In this document: in pieces, positions 14,818-27,673 of the stretch
Layout: each line of letters starts with the position of its first letter
Position numbering within the stretch: position 1 is the stretch's first letter
Source of the DNA: Octopus sinensis
Lineage: Eukaryota
Length of the DNA stretch: 64,000 nt
Direction: 5' to 3'
NCBI RefSeq assembly: GCF_006345805.1
Contig: NC_043003.1
Location: forward strand, 41,106,001 to 41,170,000
Translations under genes and position numbers: made by a program
Notes under the pieces: model-generated
The model's database searches: none
What the model was told of the DNA's origin: nothing
The model's input: the letters and a program-made list of their open reading frames with translations, nothing else

Positions 14818-15129
14818 ACGTGTATGCAATATATATTTGCATGTTTATATGATTTATGTATATATGTGTCATTTATGTATATACGTATCAAAATAAATAA
14901 ATAACATATACATATATAACTATAATTAAGAAGAAAGATGACAAACCATATAAATATATATACGTATTTATCCAACGCCATTGACCTAAAAACCGTAAGC
15001 CATATTAGCTAACGTGATCCTGTTCGCACAATGACTGAAAATGGGATGTTAAGATGGTGTGATGGGTGGAATATATTAGCGAATATATATCCGTCTATTC
15101 AGAATTAACATGGAGCCAAAAAAGCAACA

Positions 15130-15960
15130 ATAACATCCTCTTCGTTATCATCGCCATCATGATCTCATTGTCATAAACATCATCACGATCAATTATTGAA
15201 ACCAAAATCATAAAAAATCCCTAATTCATAACTTTATTATCATTGTCATCCAGGGCATTCTCATTACTATCATCATATGTATCGCCTTTATCATCATCAG
15301 CATTATCGTCATAGCCTTGATTATCACCAGCACCAGCACCAGCATCACCGCCACTGCCAACCGCCAGCCCCCACCACCACTACTTTCATCATCACTATTA
15401 TCATCAATTACCGTTTCCGTGTACCATCACAAACGTCATAGCGCAATCACCATCAGCGTTACCAACACGACCATCATCATCATCATCATCTTTATTAACA
15501 CCACCACCATCACCAGCAGCAGCAGTAACAGCAGCGACGACAGCAGCAGCACCACCACCAGCAACTGATCAAGAGAGCCATCATCGTCCTTAACAGTCAT
15601 CTCCATCTACTTCGGCAGAGCCATCGTCGCTACTGTTACGACACAGTGACAGCAATTATCCACACGCTCATCATCTTCAACAACATCGTCGAAGACGTCG
15701 TCGGTGTCGTCGGTGTCGTCCTCCTCCTCATTATCATCACCTTCGTCATCATCATCATCATCATCATCATCGTCTCGTTGTCTTCATCATCATCAATGTC
15801 AACGTCATCAATGTCCTTCATCATCATCGTCATCATCGTCATCATCATCATCAACATGATCGTAGTTACCACCAGCACCACCAGGACCACCAGCACCACC
15901 ACCAGCAGCACCACCACCATCATCATCAATGTCAACGTCATCAATGTCTTTATCATCATC

Positions 15961-16007
<47 letters not shown>

Positions 16008-16500
16008 AAACATGATCGTAGTCATCACCACCACTACCACTATCACTACCACCACCACTAGCACCACTACCACCACCACCACCATTATCACCACAACCAC
16101 CACCACCACCGTTATCGTCATCATCGTCATCGTCAGCATCAACAACAGTGTCATCTTCCATGTCTATCCTAATCTTCCTGCATTCGACCATCGTCAGAAA
16201 CATCAAATGAAACATCACCACGACGCCCACCTTCTCATCGTCTTCCTCCTCCTTCTCCTCGTTATTATCGTCGTCATCATCGTCATCCTCATCGCCCTCC
16301 TCCTCCTCCTCCTCCTCATCATCATCATCATCACAGTTGCAAACAACGCCGTCTCCAACACCTTTTATTTTTTTCCCAAGATTTTTTCTTCTCATTTATA
16401 ACAATTTTCTTCATTATTGTTGTTAGTGTTATTGCTCTGGTGGTTGTTGTTGCTGTTGTTATTGTTGTTGTTGCCCTGCATAACTTCATTTCTGTTTTTC
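15130..16500. repeat. Cryptic trinucleotide low-complexity block (ATC/ACC/AGC/GTC) with an internal ~133-bp duplication
   Basis: TCAATGTCAACGTCATCAATGTC recurs at ~15793 and ~15926; AACATGATCGTAGT also occurs twice. Confidence 0.9.
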
Positions 16501-17336
16501 TCTCGCTTTATTCATCTTCACCTTTACTTTCACCTGTACCCAGAATTACCAAATGACAGAATGAAAGAATAAATAAATAAATAGATAAATGAATCAGGGA
16601 ATGAATGAATGGTATCAATAATTGCGGGTTGGGGATGGTCAATTCTTTCCGTTCAAGAAGAAATGAGTGAAAAAAAAACCCTTTAACAAAAAAACAAACA
16701 AACAAACAACAACAACATCAGTAAAGAAACAAAATAAAAAGAATAATACTGCAGAAAATCCCTAAACCCAACCAAGAAAGAAACAAAATATATAACAACA
16801 ACTACAACAATACCACACAACAACAACAACAGCAACAACTATTACAACAAATAAACGACATAATGACGAGGACAACATTTACTGTGACCACCTTTTCAAC
16901 AAGGATCATTATCACCACCACCAACCACCACTACCACCTTAACAACAACAACAACAGCAACAAAAACACCATTACGAACAACAACAACAATATCAAGAAT
17001 ATACTTTGCAACGTCTGGAACATAGAATTTCTAGTAGTCTGCCATTTCCATTGGTGAATAGCTTCATTTAGATTATTCAAAACCCACCAAACCTACTGAA
17101 CTTTGGGTCAATGTGTACTGCAAGCTGCATCTTTATTTTTTGTTATTATTATTATTATTTCTATTAATGTAGACTTTCAGATGTATAGATCTATATACAA
17201 GGTTTTCTACTCATTATATATTTCTGTTCTGCGTTTGCTTTAATATTGCGTTGTGTTGTATTTTTCTTATTTGTAATTAGACTCATACACACACGCACTC
17301 AAATGCAGGTATGTATGTATGTATGTATGTGTGTAG

Positions 17337-17368
<32 letters not shown>

Positions 17369-17420
17369 CGCTGTTTTAATTTTCCTTGGTGTTTTATATA
17401 TATATATATACACACACATA

Positions 17421-17479
<59 letters not shown>

Positions 17480-17528
17480 TATGTACACACACACTCACAC
17501 ACATACACACATATATATGCCATATACA

Positions 17529-17566
<38 letters not shown>

Positions 17567-17736
17567 TACTTAGATTTATATTGTTATGTATATATATGTG
17601 TACATATACACATATACACAAAGAAGGAGAATGAGAGACTAAGAGAAGGAGAGAGAGAGAGAACCCAGCACAGAAATATATATGCATGCATATATTTACA
17701 TACACACACATATGTACATATGTAAAACATACACAC

Positions 17737-17787
<51 letters not shown>

Positions 17788-18267
17788 TTTCCATACATAT
17801 ACGTATGTATATATACTTACACATATATGCATACATATCTATGTGTGTGGGTGTGTACACACACACATATATACCTATAATCTTATGACAACTTTGCGTA
17901 CCCTACACATAGATGCTCAGAAACACGTTCCTGCACATAGCCCCACATGCCTCAACAAGCCATGCATTCCATTTACAAAAGAAAAATACAGATTTAGACT
18001 ATCAAGTATTAAGAAATTTTTTTTTCTCTAACACACACTCACGCACATGCACACGCAGATAAACATGCACACGCACACACACGCACACACACGCGCGCAC
18101 ACACATACACACGCACACATACACACACACACACTCACACTCACACATTTATACTTACTTGCATGCAAGTGAGTACACAATATTCATTGAAAAAAAAAGG
18201 TACCTGGATTTCTCAGCCCGTTCACGCACACACACGCTCTTACATATTTATACATAACTTGCATATA

Positions 18268-18316
<49 letters not shown>

Positions 18317-18760
18317 GAATATGTATGTATGTATCTATAACACGTTTTAGTGCAGGTGGAAGAATAGAATGTACTCAGTGAACTTTCAACGTAAGACCTT
18401 GATAAAGGCCCGTGTTGACTGCAAAATGAAGTTCATTCAACTTTCTATGGGAGTAATTATTAGCACACACACACACGCACAAATATAGGCACGCACATAC
18501 ACACACATACTTACAGATGCACGCAGACAAATATACATAGATATATGTATATAGATATATGTATACACACACACACCACACACACACACACACACAATTA
18601 TACACAGACACATATATATTTACAGAGAAAGAACTAGAGAGCGAGCGAGAGAGACTGATAGATAGTTGACAGATAGGAAGATAGATATATATTGCATACA
18701 CACACTTACATGTCCACGTATATAGCCACGCATACGACTCTTTAAACACACATGTATATG

Positions 18761-18800
<40 letters not shown>

Positions 18801-18862
18801 TATATATATATATATATATATATATGCGTGTATGTTGATGTATGTGTTGCGTAGGGGTATCA

Positions 18863-18930
<68 letters not shown>

Positions 18931-18935
18931 ATCTA

Positions 18936-18977
<42 letters not shown>

Positions 18978-18984
18978 GATATAA

Positions 18985-19015
<31 letters not shown>

Positions 19016-19237
19016 TGGAGAAGCAGATATTTTTATAGATAGATTGTTCCATTTATATATATAATTATCTTTCGAGTTTGTTTTGTTTTATCACCACTCC
19101 TAATACATGGATGACTCGTTAAAACACATACACACATATCTCTATCTCTGTATCTATCTTTCTATCTGTCTGTCTGTCTATCCATCCATCTCTTCTCCTG
19201 CACATACACACACACGTATGTATGCGCACACACACAC

Positions 19238-20144
19238 TAGCATGCAGTTCAATGCTGAAAAGTTTCAAGCTTTATGCTATCAGCATGCAAAACTAAATGC
19301 AATACCCAATGAATACACTGGACCCGGAGGAATTGCAATCCCAGAGGCACAATCAGTGCGTGACCTGGGTATTTACATGAGTGATTACGCAACCTTTCGT
19401 GTACATGTTGCTAAATTGGCAATGAAATGTAGACGACTGGCCGGATGGATTCTTAGAACCTTTAGAACAAGAGAACAAGAAACCATGATGGTCCTCTGGA
19501 GGACACTTGTCCTAAGCCACTTTGACTATTGCTCTCAGCTATGGTCACCATCCAGTGTCAAGTTGATCACAGAACTTGAGGCGATCCAACGTAGCTACAC
19601 GAAGAAGATAGCCTCTGTGCAGCATATAAGCTACTGGGAAAGACTCATGAGATTAAAACTCTATTCCTTGGAGCGTGGGCGAGAAAGATATGCCATAATA
19701 CACATCTGGAAGATCCTGGAAGGACTTGTCCCAAACTTTGGCATCGAGAGTTACACAAATGCCAGAACTGGGCGCCACTGCGTGGTGCCAAGGACTCCAA
19801 ATTTGCCATCAAGATGTAGGACAAGATACTGTGATAGCTGGGCTTCCGAGGCCCACAGCTCTTCAATATCCTCCCGAAGAACCTAAGAAACCTGCATGGG
19901 GTGGATGCAGATGTCTTTAAAATGAAACTGGATCTCTTCTTGTCAGGTATCCCAGATGAACCAACTTCACGGCAGGAGGTGCAGATGAGGGCAGCTGCAT
20001 CGAACTCTCTCATGCACCAAATGACAGTTGCTAAAAAGCATTCGTGAAGTAAAACCATGTAGCAACACCAAATGGCGGTGCCCCAGCATGGCCACAGCTC
20101 GTGAGCTGAAACTAAAATCAATCAATCAATCAATCAATCAATCA
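19238..20144 (+). mobile_element. 5'-truncated CR1-clade LINE (RT C-terminus, 3' UTR, (ATCA)n tail)
   Basis: MQFNAEKFQAL, VRDLGIYMS, LVLSHFDYCSQLWSP, LEAIQRSYTKKI, SYWERLMRLKLYSLER, IWKILEG. A 1-nt frameshift at ~19838 is followed by GFRGPQLFNILP...KLDLFLSGIPDEP; stop at 20045-20047; tail 20117-20144. Confidence 0.92.
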
Positions 20145-21806
20145 TATATATATATGTAATATTTTTAGTGTAGGAGGCAACGGACTCCTTCAGGGCCCTT
20201 GCGTTTTGAGTCTGATCCCAACTTGGCATCTCAGGTCGTACCCAGTGTGCATTCTGACGTCGCTTCTTTATTCGTAGAAGATAATGACTCATTACAGACA
20301 TCATGTAAGGATTCTTGAATGCTTCCATCAGATATGTCCGAGATACATTCTGAATGTTAGCTTGTCCATGCAGACTTCAGTAACAGATACCTAGACGGTT
20401 GCTGACGCATTGAGAGATCTTTTCTGTTTGACTGCTTTCGTGCAAATTTTGAATTTCAGTGAAAATCTTAAAATTTGGTATATTGATGTAATTTTTGACG
20501 CTGAATCTGAGGGCCTAATTCACTTTTTCCAGAAAAAAAAATTCATAAATAAAGTTACAGTGGTTTAAAGTTTGATAATTTTTACCCAGTCAGCAAACAT
20601 GAATTGGAAGCTGCCATTTTGGCGCTTGACTGCACGTGTTTTCAACTTTAAACAAATGAAGTATTGCTGAATTCTGCTTTTGCACGCCATATACTCCCTC
20701 CCAACCCTCATAACATTTGGAATTTTCAGAAAATTATTATGAATCTGTATTCTACATGCGGAAATTTATACGATTATTACAACACCCCTGACAAAAAAGA
20801 TTTTGGTGTGTGATTTAAGGCCTATTTAACTCTCATTTTAGCACATCTCACGACCACCTCATACCACATGTTTTAAATATTTATAAACGAAGATTAAACA
20901 CGTGGGTATGCATCTTGGCTTGTTACTATGAAAACAGTCATTTATATGTCTCTGGCTTTCGGGTGGCTAAAATTACCCAATGTTTTAAAAGCTAGAAGCT
21001 CATTATTTATTGATTTATGGCGAAAATGAATTTCATGTCACGTTTCATCATACATAACTACACCAATACACCAAATATAAAATCAAATGGAACAATAACT
21101 GAAGAAATTGAAAAGTGGCAGACAAACAGAAAACATCTGTTTTAAGCATTGAACACGGATGAGTAATCGGGGGATTCCAAACCTTATGCTACTTAGTGAA
21201 ATTGCCGTTTATAAAAAAAGCGATCTCTGCAGATCAAAAGACTACGATTTGATGATTGTGTTAAATTTCCGTTGAAAGAATGTGATACATGGGCGTTCAG
21301 TTAGAAAAACAATACTTGCCATTCACACCAGTAGAGGAAATGTGTAATGGAAGGTCCTAATGACAGTAGCTCTGAGAATGGTCTTTGTGCTGTATAAAGT
21401 TTTAAGTGGGTAATTTCGAAAAAATAAATATATGAATAAATAACAACAAAAACATAAGATACAGATTTATCATGCAAAATTTAAGCGAGCTGCCAGAAAA
21501 TGCATCGTCGGTAGAGTGAGTGTAGGAAGTTTGGTCGGCAATATCTGCAGGCGCGTTTGCTTATCAAGAGCTGTTGTCAATTTTGGAAAGCCTGATGACT
21601 GCGTAACACATGAAAGTACTAGTTTTATCACGATAAATATATAACATTCTATTATTATAATATTATAAAATTGTGAAGATTGTGAATAATAAAACGTGTG
21701 AATCAGACTAGGTTCGAATTTCATTCATTAATATATTCTATACGCAATCAAACAAACTCGGATAAACATACATACATACATACATACAAGCATATATCAT
21801 ATATAA

Positions 21807-21873
<67 letters not shown>

Positions 21874-22275
21874 GGTATGTATGTAGGTATGATGTATTTA
21901 TGTATGTATGAATGTATGTGTGTATGTACATATGTATGTATATAATTTTCCCTTTAGCCTTTTGCTGAATATGCCATAAATTCATGAGGTAAATATATAC
22001 ACGGACAGTAGGATTTAGCCAACCATCCAGTTTTATAATCTTATAATTTCCAAAGAAAACTGTAGTATAATGATCTCGCTAAATGTGGAGCATTTATATC
22101 CCCGGCCAGTATACGAGAATGTACCTCCTTGCAGCTCTAACGTGTTTCAACTCTTATTTCTAGCAATGTAGGTGCTACCCTGCACCATCAGTTACATTTA
22201 ATGAGAATTGAATTCTTACTGTTTGGTTTTACATTGCATATAGCTTATCTCTCTCTTTCTCTCTCTCTCTCTCTC

Positions 22276-22328
<53 letters not shown>

Positions 22329-22329
<1 letters not shown>

Positions 22330-22493
22330 CGACGGGCTTCTTTCAGTTTACGTCTACCAAATCCACTCACAAGGCTTTGGTCGGCCCGAGGCAATAGTAG
22401 AAGACACTTGCCCAAGGTGCCACGAAGTGGAACTGAACCCAACACCATGTGGTTAGTAAGCAAGCTATTTATCACATAGCCACTCCTGCTCCT
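22329..22493 (-). mobile_element. SINE family B 5' half (tRNA head plus CORE-like CCTTGGGCAAGT segment)
   Basis: Reverse complement reads GGAGCAGGAGTGGCTATGTG...GGGTTCAGTTCC...GGCACCTTGGGCAAGTGTCTTCTAC and ends at a microsatellite. Confidence 0.85.
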
Positions 22494-22496
22494 ATA

Positions 22497-22541
<45 letters not shown>

Positions 22542-22550
22542 CTCTATCTA

Positions 22551-22614
<64 letters not shown>

Positions 22615-22680
22615 TGCGTGTGTGTATATATATATGTATATATATATGCATAATATATATATATACATATACAAATATCT

Positions 22681-22747
<67 letters not shown>

Positions 22748-23494
22748 CTTACCGTTTATATTTATATCTATAAATGTACATACTTGTATCTATCTATACA
22801 AACATATGTCTGTGTGAACCTTTGTGTGGATGGACGGATGGAAGTTTGTGAGTGTATGTCGTACAATCTATTACGCGTCGTTACTCTTTTACTGATTCCA
22901 CTTTGTCTATTCTGGTGCATTAAACATAAAACATTACGAATATTAGCATCAATCAGCTAAGTGGCTGAAGAATTACCTGAGACACAAATAATAATTCTAG
23001 TAACTGGAGAATAGGGTTAAACTGCGGGTAGACTTTTAAAATACGCAATTAGAGAAAGCGGGCGCAGAATAAGAGCGTGCTGTAATCGGTCCTGTTGTGT
23101 ATCCGCGAGCGATTTTGATCTTAGAGTGAATGTTAAAAGTTGTTTACTATTAGCTCTATCTCTCCTTCTCTTGCTCTCACGCACATTCGTGACAAGTTGA
23201 GCTATCGATTTATCTAACCTCACAAACACACCAAACACATTTAGACATACATACATACATACATACATACATACATACATACATACATACAAACAGACAG
23301 ACAGACATACATATATACATGTATACATACATGCATACATAAATGCGTACACGCAGACACAAGCACACACGCATACATATATATATATATGCATATATAT
23401 ATATTTATAACTTATATTTAGAAGAATATGTACATATATATATATATGTGTGTGTGTGTGGTGTGTGTGTGTGTGTGTGTGGTGTGTGTGTGTG

Positions 23495-23708
23495 TGTTTG
23501 TGTTTGTCCCCCTCTGCAATATCGCTTGACACCGATGGTGGTGTGTTTAAGTCCCCGCAACTTACCGGTTCGGCAAAGAGACCGATAAAAAGAGTACTAG
23601 GTTTACAAAGAATAAGTTCTGGGGTCGATTTGTTCGCCTAAAGGCGGTACTCCAGCACGGCCGCAGTAAATTGTCTGACAGAAATAAAGAAAGAATAAAA
23701 GAAAGAAT
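23495..23708 (+). mobile_element. SINE family B 3' half (duplication copy 1)
   Basis: GTTTGTCCCCC, GGTTCGGCAAAGAGACCGAT, GGGGTCGATTTGTTCG, AAGGCGGTACTCCAGCACGGCCGCAG, then an (AAAGA)-like tail. Confidence 0.85.
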
Positions 23709-23755
23709 ATATATATATATATGCATAATATATATATATACATATACAAATATCT

Positions 23756-23802
<47 letters not shown>

Positions 23803-24504
23803 TATATATATATATATATATAATTCTTACCGTTTATATTTATATCTATAAATGTACATACTTGTATCTATCTATACAAACATATGTCTGTGTGAACCTT
23901 TGTGTGGATGGACGGATGGAAGTTTGTGAGTGTATGTCGTACAATCTATTACGCGTCGTTACTCTTTTACTGATTCCACTTTGTCTATTCTGGTGCATTA
24001 AACATAAAACATTAACGAATATTAGCATCAATCAGCTAAGTGGCTGAAGAATTACCTGAGACACAAATAATAATTCTAGTAACTGGAGAATAGGGTTAAA
24101 CTGCGGGTAGACTTTTAAAATACGCAATTAGAGAAAGCGGGCGCAGAATAAGAGCGTGCTGTAATCGGTCCTGTTGTGTATCCGCGAGCGATTTTGATCT
24201 TAGAGTGAATGTTAAAAGTTGTTTACTATTATTAGCTCTATCTCTCCTTCTCTTGCTCTCACGCACATTCGTGACAAGTTGAGCTATCGATTTATCTAAC
24301 CTCACAAACACACCAAACACATTTAGACATACATACATACATACATACATACATACATACATACAAACAGACAGACAGACATACATATATACATGTATAC
24401 ATACATGCATACATAAATGCGTACACGCAGACACAAGCACACACGCATACATATATATATATGCATATATATATATTATAACTTATATTTAGAAGAATAT
24501 GTAC

Positions 24505-24553
<49 letters not shown>

Positions 24554-24559
<6 letters not shown>

Positions 24560-24764
24560 TGTTTGTCCCCCTCTGCAATATCGCTTGACAACCGATGGTG
24601 GTGTGTTTAAGTCCCCGCAACTTACCGGTTCGGCAAAGAGACCGATAAAAAGAGTACTAGGTTTACAAAGAATAAGTTCTGGGGTCGATTTGTTCGCCTA
24701 AAGGCGGTACTCCAGCACGGCCGCAGTAAATTGTCTGACAGAAATAAAGAAAGAATAAAAGAAA

Positions 24765-24768
<4 letters not shown>
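24554..24768 (+). mobile_element. SINE family B 3' half (duplication copy 2)
   Basis: Same sequence as 23495-23708. Confidence 0.85.
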
Positions 24769-24820
<52 letters not shown>

Positions 24821-24909
24821 TGTGTGTGTGTGTGTACACACATACGCAAACATACACACGGACAGTCACATACAGACACACACATGTTATATATATGTAT
24901 GTATATATA

Positions 24910-24950
<41 letters not shown>

Positions 24951-25089
24951 TACCCTCATGTATATATATAAACTTTATATTTACCTAAATTTACTCACAT
25001 GTATGTATGTATGTATATATACACACACACACACATATATATATATATACACACACACACACATACATACATACATATATATATATATA

Positions 25090-25320
25090 TCTTATTATAA
25101 AAGGCAGATTTATCTGCCTCCCTTTGTCTCTTATAGAAATCTACAATATAGGATTTCTTCAATTACAATTTACCTAGCATTTTTAAGAGTAGAATGCATC
25201 GGGTCTTGGCAGGTCCGCTTTTTAAAATTTCAACCCCAATTAAGCAAAATTTAGAGAAAACTCACCTTGTGGTGTATAAGTCAAATGCTTTTCTTAGTGT
25301 GGGCTACAGCACACGCACAC
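25090..25320 (+). mobile_element. Probable Helitron 5' end
   Basis: Begins A|TCTTATTATAAAAGGCAG, a Helitron-type 5' TC terminus; no matching 3' end before the next element. Confidence 0.5.
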
Positions 25321-25537
25321 GCACACACACAGTGTGCAACGAATAAAGTGAAAGTAATTCACTTTTTGTAGTGACTGACTCTTTCACTCTGCATTCCCAC
25401 TTCCTCTTTACACACATAGACACGCAAATATATAAATAAAATTGTAAGCTAACGTGTGTGTGTGTGTGCGTGTGTGTGAGTGTGTGTGAGAGAGGGTGCG
25501 TGTGTGTGTGTGTGCGTGTGCGTGAGTGTGTGACAGG

Positions 25538-26056
25538 AAAGTTTTTTAGGACGAATATAAGACCTAAAGTATATCCAAGTAGCAGAAAGATCGCCCGAAA
25601 GTGTATATAGATATTTAAATGTATTTATATATTCATCTATACACAGATGTATGTATAATGTGTGTGTATATATTTCCATAGACGTAACCATTCACTCCGC
25701 ACAAAGTTTTTTAGGACGAAAATAAGATATAAAGTTATCTCTAAGTAGCACAAAGATCGCCCAAAAGTGTATATAGATATATAAATGTATTTATATATTC
25801 ATCTATGCACACATGTTTGTATAACGTGTGTGTATATATTTCCATAGAGGTAATCATTCACTCCATACAAAGTTTTTTAGGACGAAAATAAGATCTAAAG
25901 TTATCTCTAAGAAACAGAAAGATCCCCCAAAAGTGTATATAGATATTTAAATGTATTTATATATTCATCTATACACACATGTATGTATAATGTGCGTGTA
26001 TATATTTCCATAGAGGTAACCATTCAATCCATACAAAATTTTTTAGGACGAAAATA
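25538..26056. repeat. Tandem repeat, 165-166 bp unit, 3 copies plus a partial fourth
   Basis: AGGACGAA anchor at 25548, 25713, 25879 and 26045. Confidence 0.95.
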
Positions 26057-26884
26057 TTTATATATAAAAGAAAGGTTGTGTGTCTGTCTACTCTGATTTA
26101 GATTCCTAACTACTCCCACATTTTGCGATGCAGTTTAACCAAAACCGGGTATCTTATAGTCGTGATTCATATCGATCCCTTCTGGGTATTAGCGCGCGTC
26201 TACGATGATTCTATGATTTTACAAATAATTTACCATCATTTTTTTCCATATTTTTTTAATAAAGGGAAGTAACTCTCAAACTTCACACTAATATGCGTGC
26301 TCATATGCGACGTAATATCAAATCAGCAGCATTTCCTCACACCCTCCTTGCACTTGGCGAAGGCAAAATACCAGGGGATGAAAATGGTAATATTGCCATC
26401 GATTCCATTTGTACCATTGTTAAGACACCTTCTGATCTCAGAGATGCAGTGTTCCCAGATCTACAAGCTAATTATCAGAATATGGATTGGCAAAAAGGCT
26501 ATACTGGCCCCGAGGAATAAAACTGTTCACCATATTAATGATGAAATGCTAAAACTTATTCCTGGGGAAGTCTATGTATATCAGTCTATCGATACAACTC
26601 CTGACCCAGAGGACGTCATCAACTATCCAATAGAGGTACTCAATTCCTTTGAGCACCCCGGACTACCACCACACTTTCTCAAACTTAAAGTTGGTGCCCC
26701 TATAATGCTCATCAGAAATTTGGTTCCCCCAAAACAATGCAATGGCACACGTTTGATCGTTAAGTCCTTATCCCCACCGTAAACTTATATCAATATTTGC
26801 CTGAATAATCATCATAATTCAGTGCAATCATTAACAGTACTTTGAAGCAATTCAGCCCCGAGCAACGCCGGGCAATTCTGCTAG
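26057..26884 (+). mobile_element. Internally deleted Helitron carrying a helicase fragment
   Basis: 5' TATATATAAAAGAAAGGTTGTGTG; PIF1 fragment; 3' hairpin CCCG-AGCAACGC-CGGG (26857-26872) followed by CTAG at 26881-26884 and then T. Confidence 0.88.
26278..26780 (+). pseudogene. Helitron RepHel PIF1-like helicase fragment (frameshifted)
   Basis: KLHTNMRAH...LLALGEG...VFPDL, frameshift near 26490, then AILAPRN...INDEML...YPIEVLNS...GLPPHFLKLKVGAPIMLIRNLVPPKQCNGTRLIV. Confidence 0.92.
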
Positions 26885-27247
26885 TATATATATAAACGCA
26901 AAATGTCTCTGTGTATGTCCTTTATACAAATCCACATTCTTTCAGTTAGAGGGCTCGCACTTTCTATGGTCACTCAAAACCGTCCATGGGTGGTCGTGCA
27001 TCTCTTTACATTTCCCCAGTGATCCCGCAAAGTCATTAAAAAATCAATAGAAGTGACTTTTTGTGAATTTTCTATCCAAAACCACATTCAAAACCTCCGA
27101 AACTTGATACGGCAATTGAATTCCAGCTAGCTGTATGTGACTGGTCGGAGATTTGGACGGTACTCGCGTTTATGTTCACTCGCACGCACGCAGCTGCATA
27201 TGCATGCAGTAGCACTATGACTCGGCGTTGCGGGGTCATAGTGCTAG
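26885..27247 (+). mobile_element. Non-autonomous Helitron abutting the previous one
   Basis: 5' TATATATATATAAACGCAAAATGTCTCTG...AATCCAC; terminal 12-bp hairpin TAGCACTATGAC/GTCATAGTGCTA and CTAG|T at 27244-27247. Confidence 0.75.
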
Positions 27248-27306
27248 TATATGATATATGCACACACACTCATACACACACACACACACATACATACATA
27301 TATATG

Positions 27307-27340
<34 letters not shown>

Positions 27341-27673
27341 TGTATGTATGTATGTATGTATATGTCCAAGCATGTTTATAATTAAAAACACTTTACATTA
27401 GTGGATATATAAGAAAGTAATTTGAATCGAGGTATTTCAGCTATAGTTTATTCTAAAGAAATAGAAGGAAAAAGAAGGTAATGAAGTGCTGCGTCTGAGA
27501 TTTGCAAGCTGTAGAATACAATGAAATGAAACAAATATTTAAGTATACGCACAACTGAGAGTATATGCACAACATCTTATGCACACATTGCAAAGGCACC
27601 TGCAATAGTTGCAACCACTTCAGTAAATATGTGGGGGTACCTCTGACGCGTCTTTGGAGTAACTGTACTGGTC

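Larger units (their letters stand above)
22648..24768. repeat. Head-to-tail tandem duplication, ~1.06-1.08 kb unit, two copies
   Basis: Copy 1 ~22648-23708, copy 2 ~23723-24768; unique sequence nearly identical; junction lies in (TA)n. Confidence 0.95.

Noticed and set aside
15808-16395. 195-aa Asp/Gly-rich minus-strand ORF resembling acidic biomineralisation proteins
   Set aside because: Lies in trinucleotide low-complexity DNA open in several frames on both strands, has no signal peptide, and the duplicated unit changes frame. Only transcript or proteomic evidence would rescue it.
21405-21548. Minus-strand frame ending in a hydrophobic GPI-like tail
   Set aside because: In-frame stop just upstream, weak acceptor, and hydrophobicity explained by T-rich DNA.
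25538-26056. CRISPR-like array
   Set aside because: Whole units repeat with no unique spacers; eukaryotic context.
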